From NCBI GenBank assembly GCA_033442325.1, contig JAWQFM010000025.1:644941-652340 (forward strand): 7,400 nucleotides of DNA. Reading direction: 5' to 3'. Source of the stretch: Salpingoeca rosetta. Its lineage: Eukaryota; Protista; Choanoflagellata. The number at the start of each line of letters is the position of its first letter. Position 1 is the first letter of the stretch. The notes beneath the pieces were generated by a model that saw only the letters and a list, made by a program, of their open reading frames with translations, made no database searches and was not told the DNA's origin. The position numbers were made by a program, and so were the translations under genes. Below, in pieces: positions 1 through 5,786 of the stretch.

Positions 1-7
1 TCGTTAG

Positions 8-290
8 GTGACGAGCTGCAAGGAAGCGGTCCTGTACAACCCCTATCTGCGGTGGGTCAAGGCGCCCATGTCGGTTTCAACTTCAGCAGCGTAAGAAGTA
101 AATAAATTTGAATGAAAAAAAGTACATGCATGTCCCGACTCCTACTGTAGCGTGCACATGGGATCACACATTCCCTTTTCGCAAGGATTATTAGGCAAAC
201 TGCGCCACAAATCTTAACTGAGGTGCAAGACAGGGTGCAGTTCAAAAGTCAACAGTTCTTGTTCCCCACCCAGAACTTTCTCTTGCCTAG
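8..290 (+). pseudogene. Possible N-terminal HTH portion of the same Harbinger-like relic, with a candidate intron at 91-150
   Basis: 8-88 reads VTSCKEAVLYNPYLRWVKAPMSVSTSA and 151-290 reads RAHGITHSLFARIIRQTAPQILTEVQDRVQF. Together these resemble the HTH_Tnp_4-type pattern (SxEEQLLxxLxxLRxG...FGISxSTxSRI). An AT-rich GTAAGA...CTGTAG segment (91-150) separates them, and joining requires a frameshift. Alternatively 8-94 is a terminal exon of a host gene followed by AATAAA at 101-106. Confidence 0.3.
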
Positions 291-300
291 CCAATCTCCC

Positions 301-350
301 ACACAACACACACAGCACACACAGCACACACAGGACACACAGGACACACA
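301..350 (+). repeat. CA-rich minisatellite (9-bp ACACACAGS units), left half of the insertion site
   Basis: ACACACAGC x2 (308-325) and ACACACAGG x2 (326-343), then ACACACA-TA. Confidence 0.85.
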
Positions 351-352
351 TA

Positions 353-375
353 CAGGCAGTTCTCTATATTGGCAA
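353..375 (+). repeat. Left terminal inverted repeat (23 bp), preceded by TA target-site duplication
   Basis: Perfect 23/23 reverse-complement match to 2582-2604. It begins with CAG, as is typical of pogo/Tigger ends. Confidence 0.96.
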
Positions 376-465
376 GAAATACATTGGAAATTTCTCCACA
401 TTGGCAACAAATCTCCGCGCCACACTCTCGCTCAAAACTGTCGCGCCAAAAACCACAACCATTGA

Positions 466-542
466 CACGCACACGCACGCACACGCACACACACACACGC
501 ACACACACGCACACACACACCTACACACGCACGCACGCACAC
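466..542 (+). repeat. (CA)n/(CACG)n microsatellite inside the transposon, upstream of the transposase ATG
   Basis: acacgcacacgcacgcacacgcacacacacac...gcacgcacgcacac between the left TIR and the ATG at 616. Confidence 0.9.
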
Positions 543-615
543 GAACGAACGACATCAGCAGCTTGAAGGCGTCGCTTAAGGCCGCAGCAACGGGCGTGAA
601 CAGCAACACACGATT

Positions 616-2007
616 ATGACTAAGATGAAGACACGGATGGAGAAGTACAACATCGCCATGGAAGCGATTGCGGGCCACACCAAGCAGAAGCACGTTGCGG
701 AGAAGCATGGTGTGACGGCAGCAACACTGAGCAAGTGGGTGAAGAAGGTCAAGGCAGGAGAGCTACGAGGGGATGAGCGCGACGCATCATGCAAGAAGGC
801 ACGACCGCTCCAGTTTGGCGAGATTGAAGATCGCTTGGTGCAGTACATCAAGCTGCGCGAGCGCAAGTACCTGGTGGATGGCCTCGGGCTCTCATGGAAG
901 CTTGTGCAAGAGAAAGCCCTCAAGTTTGCTGCAGACATGAAAGCAACGCATCCAGACAAGGCAGCAACACTTGACAACTTTCGCGCAAGCCCTGGCTGGT
1001 TTCAGGGCGTGCGCAAGCGACACAACATCAAGAGCGTGCGACTACATGGAGAGGCTGGCAGTGTTGACGAAGAGACAGCAGCAACGGCAATGGCAGAGTT
1101 CAAGCAAGCAGTTTCTGCTACGAGCATCACCAACCCCCAATTCGTCTTCAACGCAGATGAAACTGGCCTCTTCTACCAGACGTTACCTTCAAGACTCTAC
1201 GTGTCTCGATCGGAGCGCAGTGTTCGCGGAGTGAAGCAGATGGCGGCAAAAGCACGGCTGACGATCATGACGGCAACATCAGCAGCGGGGGAGAAAGTGC
1301 CACTCTTCTCTGTCGGAAAGAGCCGGAGACCTATGTGCCTTCGTGACGACTTCCCACCAGTGCGGTACACGTCTCAAGCATCAGCCTGGTTCGACACTGA
1401 CATGGCCAATTACTACGTGCGTTTCTTTCTCAAGTGGAAGCGTTCACGCTATGGAGACGAGCCTGTTGTTCTCATCTGGGACAATTGCCCGGCACACAAA
1501 AACGTCACCAACCCTGCGCCGAAGGAGCTGCACCTGTTGTTCTTGCCCCCAAACCTAACGTCAAAACACCAGCCCATGGATATGGGCTTGATATCGGCCG
1601 TGAAAATGCGATACAAGGCATACGTGCTGCAGCAGCTCCTCGCATACTACGACGACGGGCAGCAGACACCACTACCGAAGAGCCGTGGCTTGCGTGGTCT
1701 TGCCCATGGAGCGCCACCAAACATTCGAGACGCGTTGACGATCTTGAAACGAGTGTGGGAGGAGGTCAAGCCTGAGTCAGTGGTGCGGTGCTGGATGAAG
1801 GCAGCTTGCCTACCCGAAAGCCTTTTCCCACAGCAGCATACACAGCAACAGCAGCGAGTGACTTCGGATGAGATGCTGACAGAACGGAGCAGTGAAGAGG
1901 AAGGGCAGGAAGGGGAGGGCGGACAGCTGGTACAAAATGGGCTCGGAGCGGAGAATGAACAGTACGATGAGGCGGAACAGAGAATGACGGAGAGCAGGAG
2001 CGATTGA
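616..2007 (+). CDS. pogo/Tigger (CENP-B-like) DDD transposase, main ORF of 463 aa as assembled; the true C-terminus probably extends past the gap
   Basis: N-terminal HTH (VAEKHGVTAATLSKWVK) and a second Tc5/CENP-B-type HTH (EIEDRLVQYI...FRASPGWFQGVRKRHNI). DDE_1-type catalytic motifs are FNADETGLF (D181, nt 1156), VLIWDNCPAH (D289, nt 1480) and LPPNLTSKHQPMDMGLI (D322, nt 1579), giving DD32D spacing. Confidence 0.95.
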   Translation: MTKMKTRMEKYNIAMEAIAGHTKQKHVAEKHGVTAATLSKWVKKVKAGELRGDERDASCKKARPLQFGEIEDRLVQYIKLRERKYLVDGLGLSWKLVQEKALKFAADMKATHPDKAATLDNFRASPGWFQGVRKRHNIKSVRLHGEAGSVDEETAATAMAEFKQAVSATSITNPQFVFNADETGLFYQTLPSRLYVSRSERSVRGVKQMAAKARLTIMTATSAAGEKVPLFSVGKSRRPMCLRDDFPPVRYTSQASAWFDTDMANYYVRFFLKWKRSRYGDEPVVLIWDNCPAHKNVTNPAPKELHLLFLPPNLTSKHQPMDMGLISAVKMRYKAYVLQQLLAYYDDGQQTPLPKSRGLRGLAHGAPPNIRDALTILKRVWEEVKPESVVRCWMKAACLPESLFPQQHTQQQQRVTSDEMLTERSSEEEGQEGEGGQLVQNGLGAENEQYDEAEQRMTESRSD

Positions 2008-2037
2008 TGAAATAAGTCACTCGCTCAATCACTGCAA

Positions 2038-2137
2038 NNNNNNNNNNNNNNNNNNNNNNNNNNNNNNNNNNNNNNNNNNNNNNNNNNNNNNNNNNNNNNN
2101 NNNNNNNNNNNNNNNNNNNNNNNNNNNNNNNNNNNNN
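2038..2137. other. Assembly gap (100 N, placeholder length)
   Basis: Run of exactly 100 N. Confidence 0.99.
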
Positions 2138-2518
2138 TCAATTGCAACTGATGCGCGTGTTGAGGTTGTTGCGGAGGGAACGGAGGAGTGGGCGACGTCA
2201 GATGATGACCCTGATATCGTGAATGCAATGATTGATTTGGAGCTTGAGCGCATAGAAAGCAACAGCAGCACAACCACCACAAGCAGCGACGACGACGGGA
2301 GTGACTCTGACCAAGACGAAGCGACACCGACCGCACCGACACGTGCGGAAGTTTACAATGCCCTGACAGTTCTCAACAGACTGTGTGAATCCTCTGCATC
2401 TCTCCGTCCCACATGTACACTTGTGTCTCGTGTTCGCAGCGACGTTGATGCCTTCTTTATGTCCAAGACGCAAAAGCAACCCACACTGCACTCATTCTTT
2501 GGTCCACACACACAATAA
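2138..2518 (+). CDS. Probable C-terminal part of the Tigger transposase (after the assembly gap), ending in a PIP box
   Basis: The frame is open from the first base after the gap to TAA at 2516-2518: SIATDARVEVVAEGTEEWATSDDDPDIVNAMIDLE...SDDDGSDSDQDE...PTRAEVYNALTVL...KQPTLHSFFGPHTQ*. An acidic region, a helix and a terminal QxxLxxFF motif match the typical Tigger C-terminal layout. It lies inside the TIRs, and AATAAA overlaps the stop (2514-2519). Confidence 0.8.
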   Translation, partial: SIATDARVEVVAEGTEEWATSDDDPDIVNAMIDLELERIESNSSTTTTSSDDDGSDSDQDEATPTAPTRAEVYNALTVLNRLCESSASLRPTCTLVSRVRSDVDAFFMSKTQKQPTLHSFFGPHTQ

Positions 2519-2581
2519 ACACGCTCATTCCACACCGGCAACTTTCTCTACATTGGAAACTTTTGGGCTTGCCACACCTAG

Positions 2582-2604
2582 TTGCCAATATAGAGAACTG
2601 CCTG
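2582..2604 (-). repeat. Right terminal inverted repeat (23 bp), followed by TA target-site duplication
   Basis: Perfect reverse complement of 353-375, with TA at 2605-2606. Confidence 0.96.
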
Positions 2605-2606
2605 TA

Positions 2607-2660
2607 CACACACAAGCACACACACACACACACACAAGCACACACACACACACACGCGCA
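2607..2660 (+). repeat. (CA)n microsatellite, right half of the insertion site
   Basis: cacacacaagcacacacacacacacacacaagcacacacacacacacacgcgca directly follows the right TA. Confidence 0.9.
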
Positions 2661-2687
2661 CAAGTCTCCAACAACAGCATCACCATC

Positions 2688-2856
2688 ATGAATGTACAAC
2701 AGATATGTGTAATCCCATACACAGGTGTGCTGTTCCATCTGTTCCGTGACTATGAACCTCAATCACTTCCAAAATCAAAGGAGGAGTTATTGAATATAAG
2801 GCACTCCAGTTTGAGGTCACGAACAGAGCGAGCATTTGGTGTTCGAGCTGAAGTCG
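2688..2856 (+). pseudogene. PIF/Harbinger (DDE_Tnp_4-like) transposase fragment, C-terminal catalytic part
   Basis: The translation IPYTGVLFHLFRDYEPQSLPKSKEELLNIRHSSLRSRTERAFGV resembles the Harbinger/PIF pattern PYxGxRYHL...PxxxxELFNxRHSSLRxxIERAFGxLK. The expected LK follows in another frame (ctg aag tcg at 2848-2856) after 4 extra bases. The upstream DGTH and GDxGY motifs are not found. Recognised by motif recall, not by a search. Confidence 0.7.
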
Positions 2857-3059
2857 TCATGCCCAGTCAGCACTTCATTTGCGCTGGAAATGCGCGACCA
2901 CACTGCCCTCACAAAGGCCTGCCTTCCATTAGCTTGCCGCCGGCAGACCCCGCTCTGAGACCTGCATTGTGTCTCGGTATGCCAGCCCGCGAATCTGTTC
3001 AACCACCAATCGTCTTCCTCTCGCTTTTACATAGGCAGTTGTCCCATTTAAATGCCAGG

Positions 3060-5702
3060 ATGACTTGCACGATGTGGCCGTTGGCTGTGCTTGCTGCGCT
3101 TGCTGTGCTGAACCGCGGGTCATGTCTGGCTGTGTTGGCGCATGATGGCCCTGCCAGCTGGCGTTGGTGTCAACTTGCGAGCATTCATGACACTGAGTGT
3201 GCGTGTGACGCATCCCACACCTTCGTTGTTTTGAACCGGACGCACGAGTGTGTCTTTCGCGTTGTGCCTGCTGGCGCTGGCGGTGCTGCTCTTCACTCAC
3301 CAGGATACTCGTCGCCTCCGTCGCCGCCACTGCAGTCTCGCACCATCAGCGCAAGTGATGCGGGCTCGCGGTTCCTGGGGGTGGTTCACAATCACACGCA
3401 CGGAGGAAGCCCGTTGACGGCTAACGCTGTTCTGAAGCGCCTCTTGCACGTGGTTGAGGATGTGCGCAGATCTACCTGGAGCGATCACCCTGCCACCCTT
3501 GCGCATATCGTTCACATCTTGGACGGCGCGCTTGTGGAACAGGAACAGGCGAATAGCCATCTCAACACCCTCGCTTCCGTGTTGGAGGCAATGCCTGTGG
3601 ATGGTGTCACTGTGACGGTGGTCACGCGCGCTGAGCATCGGGCTGATCCGGAGCAACTGCGAGTCCTGGATGCACTTGGGGATCCCTTGGCTTCCGACGA
3701 ATACGCAGACCTGACGTTCTTCAACAAGGCCTTTACCCTGAAGAAGCTTCTGCAAGCGCGGCGATCAGCCCTGGCAAACTCATTGCAAGCCCACCTTCTC
3801 AATCAAGGCACGTGCATGCCTTGCGATCATATCATGTCATGCTGTCACTTTGCGTATCGTTGCCTACTTGTTTCGCCCGCTTCCCCGCCACCCCTCCTTT
3901 CGTTTGCCCTTCAAAGGCCGGCACTCTGCACAACTCCAACGCCTCTGATTGTTGGTCGCCAAGGTATGGGAGTGTCTTTGCTGTATCTGATCACAACGTG
4001 GCCGTGGCGCTAAATCTACCGGTGTTTGCGCTGCAGGTGTGTTGTGTCGCTTCGTGGAGGTTGAGAACCTTCAGAAGCACACGGGGACTATTCTGGATTT
4101 GTTTGTGTCCGCGTCTTGGGAGCACACCTTTGCGGCGCTGGCATCTTCTTCCAGACCCTCCAGTAAGCCCCCGTGTAACGGCTGTGACATGCCTTGTGCC
4201 TGCTTTCCCCCCTGTTTTGTGAGGTCTGCCCTTGTCGCGTTGTGCAATCATGGCGCTGTGCTGCTGCTGCTGCTGCTGCTGCTGTATTCGCTCACACCCA
4301 CGTTTATGCATCCCAACGCCAGGCTTTCGTGACATGATGCCAGCGTCCATCGGATCCCCGACCTTCGCTCGCTATCGTTGGTCCACGAACCTCGCCACTA
4401 CAGCAGTGCCAGTGAAGGTCAGTTACCTTTTGCGCGCGGGTGCTGTTGTATGCTTGGATGCTTGGATGCTTGTTTGTTTGTTTGTTTGTTTGTTTGTTTG
4501 TGCGCGTGTGTGTGCTGTGTATGCGTGTGTGCTTTTGTGATTGCTGTTTGTGTGTGGTTTGTGTGATGCACCAATCTCCAACGACGTTGGAACACAGTCA
4601 CGAACTCGCACTGACTGACATGCAACCGCCCTGTTCCAAACACACACAGGAATGGGATGCCACGTCCCCCATTGCACCTGCAGTTGTACCCGATGGCGTC
4701 CCTGTGGTTCTGCGCCACAGTGTCGTGGGCACCTGGTCCGGAGCGCACGCGTGGCGAAACAACGTGTCCCGCTTCCTGCACGACCTGGCCGATGCATGCC
4801 CAGTACTACACCAACCCTGTTCTGCTGATGTCGGTGTTGGACACACAAGAGACACCAGCAGCGCTCGCGATCGGTACAGCGACGGCGGCAATTGTGATGA
4901 TGATGATAACATGGGTGAAGGTGGTGGTCGTCATCGTCATGCTGAAGAGCACAGATGCACGGCAGAATGCGAGAACAAGTATGCCAACCAGTCGAACAAG
5001 CAGGTCTGACAGCTTGCTCTTGGTGTCCGTCTTTCTGTGTCTCTGCACGTGCGTTGTGTGTCTCTCTGTGATCGCCAGTTTTGCATGAAGTGCTGTGTAG
5101 GATGAACACACAATGCATAACATCCCGCTGTCTTTGATTCACACACACACACACATTTGTACGTGTTTTGTGGTCTGTGCAGCATCTGTCCCTTGCGTCT
5201 GATCTGGCCTGTGCCATCGTCTCAGGTGACGACCTGAAGGCCCACACCATCACCACTTCCAGCGCCGGAGACAGCGAGAGTGAGGAAAGCTCCTGGCATC
5301 CAAGATCATCGTCACCAGCGTCACCACCATCGCCACCCTCACCTCCACCATCGTCATCAGCGGTGTTTTTCAACGTGAAGACATCTGAGCACGGCCGCCA
5401 CTTTGATGCGGACATGCGCGCAGCAATGACGCGCCTGCCCACCCTGCACAGCGCCGTCGACTTTCGTGTTCGCAACTTGACGCTCGCACAGATGGATGCA
5501 CTGCTGCTGCAGGCGCAGCGCTGCCACACGGGGGATGGCGGTGGCGGTGATGATGGGTGTGATCAAGACGTGGGTGATCAGAGCGACGGGTGTGCAAACG
5601 CGGAACAAGAAGCAGAGACACCCAAGAACACACTCAATGACAACAACAACAACAACAACAACTTAAACAACAACAACTTAAACAACAACAACAACAACAA
5701 CT

Positions 5703-5740
<38 letters not shown>

Positions 5741-5747
5741 AACAACT

Positions 5748-5786
<39 letters not shown>

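Larger units (their letters stand above)
353..2604 (+). mobile_element. Full-length pogo/Tigger-family DNA transposon (about 2.25 kb including a 100-N gap)
   Basis: CAGGCAGTTCTCTATATTGGCAA at 353-375 is the exact reverse complement of TTGCCAATATAGAGAACTGCCTG at 2582-2604. TA flanks both ends (351-352 and 2605-2606), the canonical Tc1/mariner/pogo target-site duplication. The ends enclose a pogo-type transposase ORF. Confidence 0.96.

Noticed and set aside
360-407. Regularly spaced ATTGG(C/A)AA repeats as a CRISPR-like array
   Set aside because: The units are about 16 bp with no spacers, there are no cas genes, the context is eukaryotic, and they are explained as TIR-derived subterminal repeats.
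287-708. ORFs rich in CV/HT/RV dipeptides (287-520, 364-708, 369-566, 401-619)
   Set aside because: These are translations of CA/TG microsatellites with no domain motifs.
616-2007. Domesticated CENP-B/TIGD-like host gene
   Set aside because: Perfect TIRs and the TA duplication show it is still part of a transposon.
158-2718. 13/14 inverted match between ATGGGATCACACAT (158-171) and ATGTGTAATCCCAT (2705-2718) as outer TIRs of a larger element
   Set aside because: The match is short, does not extend, has no evident target duplication, and the right copy lies within the Harbinger-like coding remnant. It is likely chance.
2385-4013. 542-aa ORF as a single real protein
   Set aside because: It is a composite. 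It starts inside the transposon, crosses the right TIR and a CA repeat (HTHT), includes the Harbinger remnant and host exon 1, and reads through a 105-nt intron-like segment.
3808-4036. Non-canonical GC-AG intron (AAG|GCACGT to CAG 4036), which is phase-compatible
   Set aside because: A fully canonical model (introns 3812-3916 and 3964-4036 with the strong donor AG|GTATGG) explains the region without a GC donor.
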